Origin: Acidobacteriota bacterium
GTDB taxonomy: Archaea; Nanobdellota; Nanobdellia; Woesearchaeales; DATGWN01
Reading direction: 5' to 3'
DNA: 64,000 nt
Assembly (NCBI GenBank): GCA_035299465.1
Contig: DATGWN010000047.1
Coordinates: 716 to 64,715 of the forward strand
Part shown: one piece after another, positions 28,450 to 38,331 of the stretch
Numbering within the stretch: position 1 is the stretch's first letter
Layout of the letters: each line of letters starts with the position of its first letter
Program-made: the position numbers and the translations under genes
The notes under the pieces: model-generated
Database searches by the model: none
Told to the model about the DNA's origin: nothing
Seen by the model: the letters and a program-made list of their open reading frames with translations, nothing else

Positions 28450-29743
28450 TATTCCCCTTTTTCTTTGTCTGCTTTTTTACTGTCTTTTTCTTTGACGTCG
28501 TTGGCTTCTCTACTGCCTTTGATGCTGTGCGTCGTGTATTTTCTGTCGACCAATCAAGCATGGACGATAGTTCTTCGACTTTCTTTTTGAAGAACGTTCG
28601 CTTTGCCGTTATGTCGTCAATTTGTGAATGTAATTTGTTGAGCTCCTTGCCGTACGTCGCTGCATCGACATTTGAACCCAAAACTTTTGCTTGTTTTTTG
28701 AGATGTTCTATTTCTTGGCGAAGTTCGACTTCTTCGTGACTGATGATATTGAGGAGGTTCATGACTTCGGCTTTATGTGCAAACAAATCTTGGAAGTGAC
28801 GTGGGATGTCGCGAATCTCGCTTTCCTTTCTATTAAGTTCTTTTTGATCGCGATCCATCTTATCGTAGATGCTTTTTTGGATGAGACTGATTTGCTTTTC
28901 TTGTATTTCGTTTTGACGGATGATATCCTGTAATGCGCGATGCTCTGATTCGAGATCGTTTTTGAGCATGTCGTGTTTTTTCTTGATGTCATACACATGT
29001 TCTTCTGTGAGTGCGAGTTTCTTTGCGCGGTCTTCGACATCAGTCTTGATGCTTGTGCTCAGCGACTTGACTTCGGCTAGACGCTGCTGCAAGAGCATTT
29101 CTTGTTCTTTGACTTTGTCTAGGAATCGTTGGCTTTTCTCGAACAATTTTTGGTCGTTCTCAAGCTCTTTTTTGGCTGATTCATAGGATGTATTGTAATT
29201 GACTTTGAGGTTTTTTATGTGGTCTTCGACTTCTTTGAGTTTAATCATTGAAGATTTCTTGGATTCGAGAATTTGACGGTCGAGGGCTTCCTTTCTTGCT
29301 TCGGCAGCTTGCAGACTTTCGAGTTCCTGGTTAACATTAGACATTTTCTTGTCAACGGAGCCTTCTAAGTCTTTCATGATATTCACGACGAGATTTATTT
29401 TCTTGTCAAGCTCATTGAAGTAACTCTCTGCGGATTCAAGCTTTGTATTAAAGAGATCTTTTTGCTGGTTAAATTTAGAAATCTGTTCTTTGACTTGGCG
29501 TTCGCCCATGTCTTGTTTTACGAGCAGCGTCGAACCAAATTTATACTGAATTTCAACGACACCTTCGCCTTCAAGAATATGAGCCCACTCTTCGATTGTT
29601 TCTACGGGCAAGGCCAACTTTTTTGCTGCGTCCTTTAGGGATATTTTGCCGTATTCATTTATAAGAGAAACGAGTTTATCTACAGTAGTGTTAATAGTAT
29701 TGTTATTTCCCATAGTCCCCAGTCTTGTTTCCACCAAGTCCAT
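28427..29743 (-). CDS. winged-helix + long coiled-coil protein with polybasic C-terminus (pilus-operon accessory)
   Basis: N-terminal wHTH-like 'ISLKDAAKKLALPVETIEEWAHILEGEGVV'. About 300 aa heptad-rich. 'KKKTVKKQTKKKGNNGAKKRK' tail. Confidence 0.65.
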   Translation of the reverse strand: MDLVETRLGTMGNNNTINTTVDKLVSLINEYGKISLKDAAKKLALPVETIEEWAHILEGEGVVEIQYKFGSTLLVKQDMGERQVKEQISKFNQQKDLFNTKLESAESYFNELDKKINLVVNIMKDLEGSVDKKMSNVNQELESLQAAEARKEALDRQILESKKSSMIKLKEVEDHIKNLKVNYNTSYESAKKELENDQKLFEKSQRFLDKVKEQEMLLQQRLAEVKSLSTSIKTDVEDRAKKLALTEEHVYDIKKKHDMLKNDLESEHRALQDIIRQNEIQEKQISLIQKSIYDKMDRDQKELNRKESEIRDIPRHFQDLFAHKAEVMNLLNIISHEEVELRQEIEHLKKQAKVLGSNVDAATYGKELNKLHSQIDDITAKRTFFKKKVEELSSMLDWSTENTRRTASKAVEKPTTSKKKTVKKQTKKKGNNGAKKRK

Positions 29744-29870
29744 TTATATAGTTTACGTATGATTCCGCCCAGAAATGTATGTCAAAACGAGGTGTATTTT
29801 AGAGTAGTTACACTTGCAGAAGAATTCGCGCTTTTGTCTTTCTCTATTTGTTGGATTTAGTGTCAGCTGA

Positions 29871-30872
29871 TCAACCAACGAAGCCCGTCAACTGGTATAA
29901 CGCAATATGCCGCACAGAACCAGAACCGTTGGTGCGATTGTCTAATCTGAATGTCGGCGTCATAATGGTGAAGCCATACGACGTCGGATTTTGAGATGAG
30001 AAATAGATATAGTCTACGCTCGATTTTGTCGCGTCAATGGGCATAAGGAATGCCAATGCAGTCTTATCCACCAGGCTTTCAATACCTGTGCCGTCGTTGG
30101 ATGCGGAAAAGTTACCTTGCAAGCGCATCAAATAATTTGGCGCGTCGTCAAACTGCACATACAATCCATCTTGTATATGCGCATTGAGGTTGGCAGGGTT
30201 ATTGCCGGACACGAAATTGCCAAGATATGGCGATTGATTGATACTGGTGACATATTGGTTTGCTGTTCCGATGATGTAAATCGGATCGGAGAAACCTTCA
30301 ATCGATACTTTACTTATTCGCTGCACTGATCGGTTCCACTGAGATTTCGTTGTTGCGTCGACAAACAATAAGTTGACGTCAATCTCGAAATCCACGTTCC
30401 ACGGGTCAGTCTGTGAGATAGTGACGTCTTGCACTTCGTAGCTGAAATCTACACCAAGTGTTTGCGCCTTTTGGTCGATGCGTTGCAGCCAGTCTGTGAA
30501 AGTGTTATTCACCAGTATTGATGATGATGTGCCGTTGAGCGTTCCGTTGAGAAACAGTTCTTTTGCGTTTGCATTGACAGATTCAAGATAAACACCCTTA
30601 TCTTCGACGGTCTGAATCATCGCGACCAACGTTCGAAAACCGACCGTATATGCCGCGATCGACGCATCTGTCTCTACGTTATCGACGAATTGATTTATCG
30701 AAGAAAGACGTGTGGAGAGCGACAATGAAACGCGATTATCCGATACTTGCGACAAAGACAGCGCGTATGTCAGCAAAAGACTGAGAATGAAAATAGCCGA
30801 TGCCGTGAAGAAAACACCTTTTTTGGTTATTTTCAGTCCCATGCTCGTACCTCGACGACGATTGGGCCCCAT
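29871..30872 (-). CDS. pilin-like surface protein (class III signal peptide)
   Basis: 'KITKKGVFFTASAIFILSLLLTYALS' N-terminus. Many N-x-S/T sequons. Confidence 0.65.
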   Translation of the reverse strand: MGPNRRRGTSMGLKITKKGVFFTASAIFILSLLLTYALSLSQVSDNRVSLSLSTRLSSINQFVDNVETDASIAAYTVGFRTLVAMIQTVEDKGVYLESVNANAKELFLNGTLNGTSSSILVNNTFTDWLQRIDQKAQTLGVDFSYEVQDVTISQTDPWNVDFEIDVNLLFVDATTKSQWNRSVQRISKVSIEGFSDPIYIIGTANQYVTSINQSPYLGNFVSGNNPANLNAHIQDGLYVQFDDAPNYLMRLQGNFSASNDGTGIESLVDKTALAFLMPIDATKSSVDYIYFSSQNPTSYGFTIMTPTFRLDNRTNGSGSVRHIALYQLTGFVG

Positions 30873-32785
30873 AATGATGGAACATCGGTGATAATATTGC
30901 CTGTCACCAAGAATCCGTTTGCTTGGATGTATCCACCCATGACGGCTTGTAGGCGTGCGAGTGCATCAGCATCCGCTTCGGCTTGAGTGGCGAATACCGC
31001 GCCATAACCGACGTATGACGGGACGAAGAATCTTCGTTCAATCTGTGAGATGTTGAGGATTTGATATGTCGTCTCCTTCACTCGCACGTAATTATTTATG
31101 GCGCTGCTTTTTTGGAAGTAGTCGCTGTCTATGAAAATGCTGGAAGGTACTGCGCGCTGCGATGGTGAACTAAAATGCAATTGACTTGGTGGGTTGTAGA
31201 TGTCAGCCCACACGGATATTTTATCCGAGTCTTTTTCGACGAGGTGGAAGTATGTATCGCCTACTTGCGTGATCGATGCGGGATAATTGAAATATCGGAT
31301 ACTGTCAACTTCGTTAGAACCATTTATTTTCTCAACAGCTGCAATCTCGATCTCACCATACGGGATTATGTTATTGATACTAAGCGTATAGTTCACTTCG
31401 ATATATGATGATGTACTGTAATTGTTTTTTATGTCACTAAAAATAGTAGGATTGCCGTTACCCCAGACGTGGTCGCCGTATGAATTTAGGTAGACCGCCA
31501 TTATGTTCGTGCCATTCTTCAAATATGGCGAGAGGTTGGTGTTTGAGAATTTGTACGTCGCTGTGGCAGACGGCGAACCGTTGACTAAAAGCGGTGTGTC
31601 GCTGTTGAGGAAAAACATGACGTCAGTCGCAGATGGATCTTTCATCGTCCCGTCCCAGCCGACATAGGATGCACACGGATCATTGAGTCTGGCACCGTTA
31701 TAGAGTACACGACATCGTGCGCCTGAGATATAATCGCGAACGCTGCTTGTTGCAATTTGTGCGTAGACACTCAAATTTTGTGCGTCTTTTGGAATGACGA
31801 ATGGCATCGTTGCCCAGACGCCGGCACCGTCGTTACCAATTTCACGAGAGCGGATATTATCAAAGTAGTATCGTCGTGAAAACTGCGTTTGCGTAAATGA
31901 GATCGGTACTTCGCTGGTGTATTTTATGAACAAACCTGTGCCTGGCTGCAAGTGCGCATTATATCCATTATGCTCAAACTCAATGTATAGTTTATTTGTA
32001 CCATTTACGAAACAGCTAGTCGAAACGTTTTTTTCACCGACGTTTCCTGTCACGTCCAGGAAATACCATGTGAAATCATCGCGACGGAATTGGCATAGGC
32101 CGTCATTGAAATTCATAATCATGTCGTTTTGCTGTGTTCCTGAGTTGAGGGATACAATGAATTTTGCTTCAAGTAGCGTTAGATTCGTGAGATTGAAATA
32201 TTTTGTAACGTCGTAGAATCCTTCGTCCCATCCTGCGCCCGATGGTGAGAGTGTCACTACATATGTACTGTTGCTGCGGACCTTGGTCGCACGCGCATTT
32301 GCGATGAAACCGCGCGTCGGCTTATTTTTCTCGACGCCAGAAACGATTCTCCATGCGACGGATTGGCTTGCAATCGGAGGATTCGTTCTCGTATAGATTG
32401 ATTCGTTCTCGATCCAAATGCCAAATGACGAATAATCTGGAATCGTCTGATTGAGGAATGCGACGATGAATTCATTGGCGAGCACATCGTCACCTTGCGC
32501 CCAGAACTGGCCCATTTGGGAAATGATGTTTTGACTCAGGTCTGTTATCGAGCCGTTCGCATTCGCGGCGACGACCCACGGATTTCCTTGGTTGTATAAA
32601 TCCGAAACGTGGACGGTTTCTAACACGTGCATTATATCTTTAGAGAGGAAGAATGATTTTGGCTGACCTGCACTTTGTGTTGGCGTGATGACAAGAAGCG
32701 AAATAGCTGCGAGCAGAATTGTCGCACAGATAATTGCATCTATGATAAAGAAGACTGCTTTTTTGTTTGATGGCTTTAGTCCCAT
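30833..32785 (-). CDS. giant (650 aa) pilin-like/adhesin-like surface protein (class III signal peptide)
   Basis: 'KKAVFFIIDAIICATILLAAISLLVI' N-terminus. N/S/T-rich, numerous N-glycosylation sequons. Confidence 0.7.
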   Translation of the reverse strand: MGLKPSNKKAVFFIIDAIICATILLAAISLLVITPTQSAGQPKSFFLSKDIMHVLETVHVSDLYNQGNPWVVAANANGSITDLSQNIISQMGQFWAQGDDVLANEFIVAFLNQTIPDYSSFGIWIENESIYTRTNPPIASQSVAWRIVSGVEKNKPTRGFIANARATKVRSNSTYVVTLSPSGAGWDEGFYDVTKYFNLTNLTLLEAKFIVSLNSGTQQNDMIMNFNDGLCQFRRDDFTWYFLDVTGNVGEKNVSTSCFVNGTNKLYIEFEHNGYNAHLQPGTGLFIKYTSEVPISFTQTQFSRRYYFDNIRSREIGNDGAGVWATMPFVIPKDAQNLSVYAQIATSSVRDYISGARCRVLYNGARLNDPCASYVGWDGTMKDPSATDVMFFLNSDTPLLVNGSPSATATYKFSNTNLSPYLKNGTNIMAVYLNSYGDHVWGNGNPTIFSDIKNNYSTSSYIEVNYTLSINNIIPYGEIEIAAVEKINGSNEVDSIRYFNYPASITQVGDTYFHLVEKDSDKISVWADIYNPPSQLHFSSPSQRAVPSSIFIDSDYFQKSSAINNYVRVKETTYQILNISQIERRFFVPSYVGYGAVFATQAEADADALARLQAVMGGYIQANGFLVTGNIITDVPSLWGPIVVEVRAWD

Positions 32786-33243
32786 AATGTCACCTGCATT
32801 TTTATTACGTAACCATCGAGCACTGCAAATCGTGTGACTGACGCAGATTGTTTTGCGTTCACTGGAAATGTACCAATAAATGAATTACCTGAGAAATTCA
32901 ATTGGTTTGACTGATTATAGAAAGTGATGTGATACTTAGACTCTGCTCCGATCAAGATTCGCTGCGCTGTCGGTGCCATTGCAAAAAATGCATCAATTTT
33001 GTCTCGGTCTAGTTCACCGTCCGTAATGAGTCCTGCCTGTATGACATTCGATGCATTCCAGTCTGACGGAATTCCTTCACCAAGCAAGATTTCGCTGGCG
33101 TAGAACGTATCACTAGAAAGGTCCTCTAATGATGTCGGAGGGCTCAAGGATGTGACATAATTATATGTAATTATGTAGATTAGAATGACAAAGAAAAGTG
33201 CGATCAAAAAATCCACTTGCCAGACTTGTCCACGGTTGTTCAT
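32776..33243 (-). CDS. archaeal pilin (class III signal peptide)
   Basis: 'MNNRGQVWQVDFLIALFFVILIYI'. Confidence 0.7.
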   Translation of the reverse strand: MNNRGQVWQVDFLIALFFVILIYIITYNYVTSLSPPTSLEDLSSDTFYASEILLGEGIPSDWNASNVIQAGLITDGELDRDKIDAFFAMAPTAQRILIGAESKYHITFYNQSNQLNFSGNSFIGTFPVNAKQSASVTRFAVLDGYVIKMQVTLWD

Positions 33244-33620
33244 TGAATTGTCAAACCTCCGTTGAGCATGGCAAGCGTGAAATTAAAGGATGTCGTGTTT
33301 CCCGTCACAGATGGTAATGCAAGTACTACTTGATTCTCGCCCTGTGTAATATACATATTACTCGCAAGGATTTCGAACGTATACGGATTACCATTAATAG
33401 TCGGATCAAGTTCTATTTGACGAGAAAATCCTTCTTTCATAGTGGATGCGACCATGAAATCGTTCTGCAGCGAGATAGCAAATGATTCAATTGCAGATTC
33501 TTCTTGTTCTTGAATCGACTGCGTTTGCTCCGATAAGACAAAAATGATTATACCTGAGAACAAGATGAGTGCGACACCAAAATACACCATGAATTCTGTC
33601 AAGACTTGTGCTTTTCTCAT
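33240..33620 (-). CDS. archaeal pilin (class III signal peptide)
   Basis: 'MRKAQVLTEFMVYFGVALILFSGIIIFVL'. Confidence 0.7.
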   Translation of the reverse strand: MRKAQVLTEFMVYFGVALILFSGIIIFVLSEQTQSIQEQEESAIESFAISLQNDFMVASTMKEGFSRQIELDPTINGNPYTFEILASNMYITQGENQVVLALPSVTGNTTSFNFTLAMLNGGLTIQ

Positions 33621-34078
33621 GATTCTGCTATACTGACACCGGAACCAGTTGCAGTCACCAGCACGCTTCTTGTGCCTTCACGTGCAGATAGAGATCCGCT
33701 GAGTGGCACTGATGTAAATACGGTGATGTCTTCTTGACCGTACTGCGTCTGCATGCGCGCAGTTATCGTCTCGTTGGAAAAGAAAATTGACTGGACTGAG
33801 TCTGGAAAATAGATATTGACTGTGCTAAACGACGGCGGACCTATGTTGTAGACTGATTGCGCGTGGTCTGACACAGTTGTGAGTGCAAGATATACCTGGC
33901 GAGTCTGTAACGTGTCGCGGTACTCCGCATATGAATTATACGCAAGAACAGAGACTGGAATAATAATGGCAAGAACAAAACCCACTGTCAGTAGGTATTC
34001 AATGCTAACCTGACCCCTCTTTTGCATCATGTGTATTTCCACAGGCTTGTTTAAAAATGCTGCGATGCTAGTACGCAT
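33617..34078 (-). CDS. archaeal pilin (class III signal peptide)
   Basis: 'MMQKRGQVSIEYLLTVGFVLAIIIPVSVL' (start probably at the internal MMQKRG). Confidence 0.7.
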   Translation of the reverse strand: MRTSIAAFLNKPVEIHMMQKRGQVSIEYLLTVGFVLAIIIPVSVLAYNSYAEYRDTLQTRQVYLALTTVSDHAQSVYNIGPPSFSTVNIYFPDSVQSIFFSNETITARMQTQYGQEDITVFTSVPLSGSLSAREGTRSVLVTATGSGVSIAES

Positions 34079-36554
34079 ATCTCTTGTAGAACCAGCGCTT
34101 CATCAATTCCAGCGCAGATAGATATGCAACCAGAACGCCCACGATTATTCCAATGACAGTCAATGGAAGTGGTTGGAACTTGAAGATGAGTGCAAACGTG
34201 GTGTACGGCAACAGCCAGCCCAATCCTAGTCCCAAGATACTTGTCATAGCGACTGGTAGACTCGGTTTACTCTTGAACGGCGAATGCTGCGTTCGGATAA
34301 TCCAGATACCCAACGTTTGTGTTGCCAGGCTGAACATGAACCATGCAGTTTGAAGAATTCCCGACTGTACGTGCAAGAATTCGAATAAGATGACGATGAG
34401 AATGATGTCGAACAGTGAGCTGAGTGGACCAAAGAACATCATGTATTTTTTTATGAACTCCAAATTCCATCTACGAGGTTTGAGAGTCCACTCTTCGTCT
34501 ACGGAATCGGATGGTATGGTTATCTGTGAAAAGTCGTAGATAAAGTTATTGAGGATGATTTGGATTGGAAGCATTGGCAAGAATGGCAAATACAAAAGAA
34601 CAATCGTTGTTGAGAACATATTTCCTAGATTACTACTACACGCCATCAGCATATATTTCATCGAATTTGCAAACGTCTTTCGGCCTTCTAATACGCCGTC
34701 ACGAAGTTCACCAAGACTTTTACTAGTAAGAACTATTTGCGCGGCTTCCTTAGCGATATCCACTGCGTTATTGACGGAAATACCGACGTCTGCGCTCTTG
34801 AGTGACGGTGCATCGTTTATGCCATCTCCCATATATCCTACGACGCAGCCGGCTTTCTTGAGCGCCATGATTATTCTGTTTTTCTGATCTGGCGAACAGC
34901 GAGCGAAGACGGTTGTCTGACAGGCTTTGACACTGAGTGCGTCGTCGCTTAATGCGTCAACGTCCGTCCCGAGCATGACGTTTTGGCACGGAATGCCTAC
35001 GTCGTTGCAAATTTTTGCGGAAACAATTTCATTGTCGCCAGTGATTACTTTCATGGCGATGCCAAGATCATTGAGCTGCTTTACGACTTCAATGACGTCT
35101 TTCTTGGCAGGATCAAGGAATGCTACGAAACCAAGGAATGTGAAGTTTGATTCATCTTTTTTTGTGACGCCAGGACCACGAACGGTCTTTGATGCTACGG
35201 CTAGTACTCTAAAACCTTGGCCAGATAGATCGTCATAGAGCATCTGCGCTTGCTCCAGTTTTGCCTTGGTGAATTTGACTTGCTTTTTGGCTTGTACTGT
35301 AGTACACAATTTGAGCAATTCTTCTGGCGCGCCCTTGCAGATGAGTTCGACTCTCTTTTTGGATTGCACTGCGACACTCATTCGCTTACGTACGAAGTCG
35401 TATGGAATTTCATCAGTTTTCTTAAACGCGGAGACTGACGGGTGCGCGTATGCAAGTACTGCATCATCCATCGGGCTCTTTATACCAGTCTGAAAATAAC
35501 TTGTGAGAAACGTCGCAAGCAACACTGACTCGGACTGTTTTCCGTCGATAGCGACGTGCTTGACAAGGGCGATCTTGTTCTCTGTGAGTGTGCCAGTCTT
35601 GTCCGTGCATAATACGTTCATACTTCCAAAATTTGGAATTGCAGATAATTGTTTGACAAGTACGCCACGCTTTGCCATACGCTGCGCACCCATGGCCATG
35701 GTGACTGTCATAATCATCGGCAATAATTCCGGAACGACGCCGACTGCAATGGCTACAGCGAACAAGAGCGCCTGAACAATACTGCCTTCCTTGAATGCGT
35801 TGATGACGAAAATGAGCAACACCAGATATACTGAAATCTTGAGAATGAAAACGCCAAATGATGCGACACCTAGTTCATAATCACTCTTTGGAGGTGCGGC
35901 TGCAAGTGATGCGGACACTTTTCCAAACTCAGTATTCAGTCCGATGCCTATGACGACGGCTGTGGCACTACCGGAAATGACGTTCGTGCCCATGAAAAGT
36001 TTGGATTGTTTTTCGTCAGGTACGTCTGCGCTCTTCTCGACAGGGAATGACTCTCCGGTAATCGATGATTCATTGACGAAGAAATCGTCTGAATGCAATA
36101 AAATGCAATCGGCCGGGATGATGTCGCCGCAAGAAAGTTTGACGATGTCACCGACAGTGAGCTGGTCGACACGTATTTCTTGTTTGGTGTTGTCGCGGAT
36201 GACAGTAGCTGTGGTTGCAACTTGCGCGCGAAGCTTTTCGAGTGCGCGTTGCGCTGCTTGTTCTTGGAAAAATCCTAAGACCGACGAGAATAAAACGATG
36301 AATAAGATGATGCTGGCGTCTGTTATTTCGCCAATTATCAAAGAGATGATACTTGCACAGAATAAAATCAAATTCATCGGTTCGAAGAAGCTTGATATGA
36401 ATTGTGCAAGAACGTAGGTCTTTTCCTGACTTGCAAGCGCGTTTAGGCCGTGCAGCTTTCTGCGCTCTTCTACCTGGATGTGAGTCAGTCCTGCTAAATT
36501 CGTGTCATACTTCTCTAGAATATGCGCTTGCCTTGGTTTTGGTGACTGTTCCAT
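34068..36554 (-). CDS. P-type cation-transporting ATPase (Ca2+/Mg2+ type, P2/P3-like)
   Basis: 'CTDKTGTLT' phosphorylation site, 'TGES', 'MKVITGDN', 'GDGINDAPSL'. 8-10 TM helices. Confidence 0.9.
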   Translation of the reverse strand: MEQSPKPRQAHILEKYDTNLAGLTHIQVEERRKLHGLNALASQEKTYVLAQFISSFFEPMNLILFCASIISLIIGEITDASIILFIVLFSSVLGFFQEQAAQRALEKLRAQVATTATVIRDNTKQEIRVDQLTVGDIVKLSCGDIIPADCILLHSDDFFVNESSITGESFPVEKSADVPDEKQSKLFMGTNVISGSATAVVIGIGLNTEFGKVSASLAAAPPKSDYELGVASFGVFILKISVYLVLLIFVINAFKEGSIVQALLFAVAIAVGVVPELLPMIMTVTMAMGAQRMAKRGVLVKQLSAIPNFGSMNVLCTDKTGTLTENKIALVKHVAIDGKQSESVLLATFLTSYFQTGIKSPMDDAVLAYAHPSVSAFKKTDEIPYDFVRKRMSVAVQSKKRVELICKGAPEELLKLCTTVQAKKQVKFTKAKLEQAQMLYDDLSGQGFRVLAVASKTVRGPGVTKKDESNFTFLGFVAFLDPAKKDVIEVVKQLNDLGIAMKVITGDNEIVSAKICNDVGIPCQNVMLGTDVDALSDDALSVKACQTTVFARCSPDQKNRIIMALKKAGCVVGYMGDGINDAPSLKSADVGISVNNAVDIAKEAAQIVLTSKSLGELRDGVLEGRKTFANSMKYMLMACSSNLGNMFSTTIVLLYLPFLPMLPIQIILNNFIYDFSQITIPSDSVDEEWTLKPRRWNLEFIKKYMMFFGPLSSLFDIILIVILFEFLHVQSGILQTAWFMFSLATQTLGIWIIRTQHSPFKSKPSLPVAMTSILGLGLGWLLPYTTFALIFKFQPLPLTVIGIIVGVLVAYLSALELMKRWFYKRYAY

Positions 36555-36624
36555 CCTCTTTTCAGTGTCTTTTCGGAACTTCCATTTAAAAAGAATGAGT
36601 ATTTTCGACTACCGACTACGGTAT

Positions 36625-38277
36625 CTAGGCATGTGCCAGCGCGGTCTTTTCAAGCAATGGTTTTTGGGCCAACAATTGTCTATATAGATCTAAACGACTC
36701 TTTATTCTTTGGATTGGTTCGCTTTTTGCCAATTCCGTACCGTCGACATCTTCTTCTATCTGCTTTTCGACTTCAATCGTCGCACGAATCCACGTGTCAC
36801 GTTCGGCTATCGTGAGCGCTGCTTTTTCGGCAAGCATTTCTCTGATGCGTAGTTCGCATCTTTCGAATGAACCGAGTGCTGAATGCATATGCTGCTCAAT
36901 TTGTTTATTGTATTTTCTTGCGAGTCTTGTAAGGCAAGAAGTCATGAAATCGCCGAGTCTGTGCGCGTACGAACCGTTGCTATGCAGGAGTCTTGCTTGC
37001 ATTTGCGTTTCAAAGTCGTGTTTCTCGCGGATTTCGTCGCTGATAGCCCACAGTAGTTCCCGTGTTGCGTCTTCGTCAAAACTGTCCGTTGTTATGTAAC
37101 CTGCTGTATGCATTTGATTTGTGCCAATTGTTGCAGCGACATAACCTCGCTCGTATATGCGGCGTTTGATTGCTGCGTCTAGCGGTTCAGTTGTGAAAGT
37201 GATCTTTGCGCCGTTTGCGGTTGTATTTGCCAATTCTTCTTTGAGACTGTTTTCACAGATGATGTCGCACGTCTTGTCCAGTTGGACGTTGCCTAGAACG
37301 GATGTGTCTTCAGCTCGGATCGCGTACACTTGAGAGATGACGTTCTCCATGGGAACCAGAATCGCGATTTTCTTTTTCGACCAATTGCCCCACATATGAG
37401 ATGCGACTGGACCGTTGACTGCAAAATGTACCGTCTCTCGTCCTAAAAAGTCGGTACCTTCACTAGTCTGTGATGTTGTTAGTATGATGCCGTTTTTCGG
37501 GAAATAATCTGTTTTATGGACAAGGATGAATTGTTTTGGGTTCGTTTCGCTGCGCAAGCGTCGGACTTCCTGCAAATACTTGAGCATTTTCTCCTGCTTG
37601 TTTGTAAGCGTGACATTGATCGCCTTATAGTCGGCTTCGATCGCCTGCAAATCATGCGGATGGAAGACTTCGATGATTTTGATATTGGCGTCGCAGAATT
37701 TCTTAACTAGCAGTGCGCGTCTATGTTGCTCAGGCATTATTTCATTGAGTGCCTTCTCTTCTTTGTCAAGGATTTCTTTGTACTGCGCAATCCATGAAGA
37801 AACTTGTGGGCCTATGCGAGTCACAGGGACGAAAAGCGCCAATAACTTTTTTTCGTCTTCGAGCGCGCGCATGAGCTGGAAATATTTGACAAACGCCGCG
37901 TTAAACTCATCTTTGTACGTGTTGATAAGTTCTGTAGTCAGATTCTGCTGCGATTTTGTGAGTTTTGCAAAGCTTGCGAATGAGAATAAGAATGCATGTT
38001 TGTCTTGCACACTAAATACTGTTTCTTGTTTCTGCAAAAATTCATGCAGTTTTTTTACGACTTTATTGAGTTCAAGGGCGTTAAGCTCGTTTTTGCTCTT
38101 TTTTGTAAAGGAGAACAATGACTTTGGTTCTGGTTTGAATGCTTCTGTCACAAGTTCAGTCATCGAAGCGAGATAGGTACGTCTGGTTTGGACTGAATGG
38201 AACTTCCAGTTAAACGCGATTCCCAATTCTACAAAGGCCTTTTCAACAGCTTTGTAATCTGCCGCTACATACTGCAT
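36625..38277 (-). CDS. hypothetical protein (550 aa)
   Basis: Long clean ORF, helical/charged, no motif recognised. Confidence 0.65.
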   Translation of the reverse strand: MQYVAADYKAVEKAFVELGIAFNWKFHSVQTRRTYLASMTELVTEAFKPEPKSLFSFTKKSKNELNALELNKVVKKLHEFLQKQETVFSVQDKHAFLFSFASFAKLTKSQQNLTTELINTYKDEFNAAFVKYFQLMRALEDEKKLLALFVPVTRIGPQVSSWIAQYKEILDKEEKALNEIMPEQHRRALLVKKFCDANIKIIEVFHPHDLQAIEADYKAINVTLTNKQEKMLKYLQEVRRLRSETNPKQFILVHKTDYFPKNGIILTTSQTSEGTDFLGRETVHFAVNGPVASHMWGNWSKKKIAILVPMENVISQVYAIRAEDTSVLGNVQLDKTCDIICENSLKEELANTTANGAKITFTTEPLDAAIKRRIYERGYVAATIGTNQMHTAGYITTDSFDEDATRELLWAISDEIREKHDFETQMQARLLHSNGSYAHRLGDFMTSCLTRLARKYNKQIEQHMHSALGSFERCELRIREMLAEKAALTIAERDTWIRATIEVEKQIEEDVDGTELAKSEPIQRIKSRLDLYRQLLAQKPLLEKTALAHA

Positions 38278-38331
38278 ACGGGTCTTTTTCGGGTGTGTAT
38301 CTTAAAAATGTTGGTATTTATAAACGGCCAT

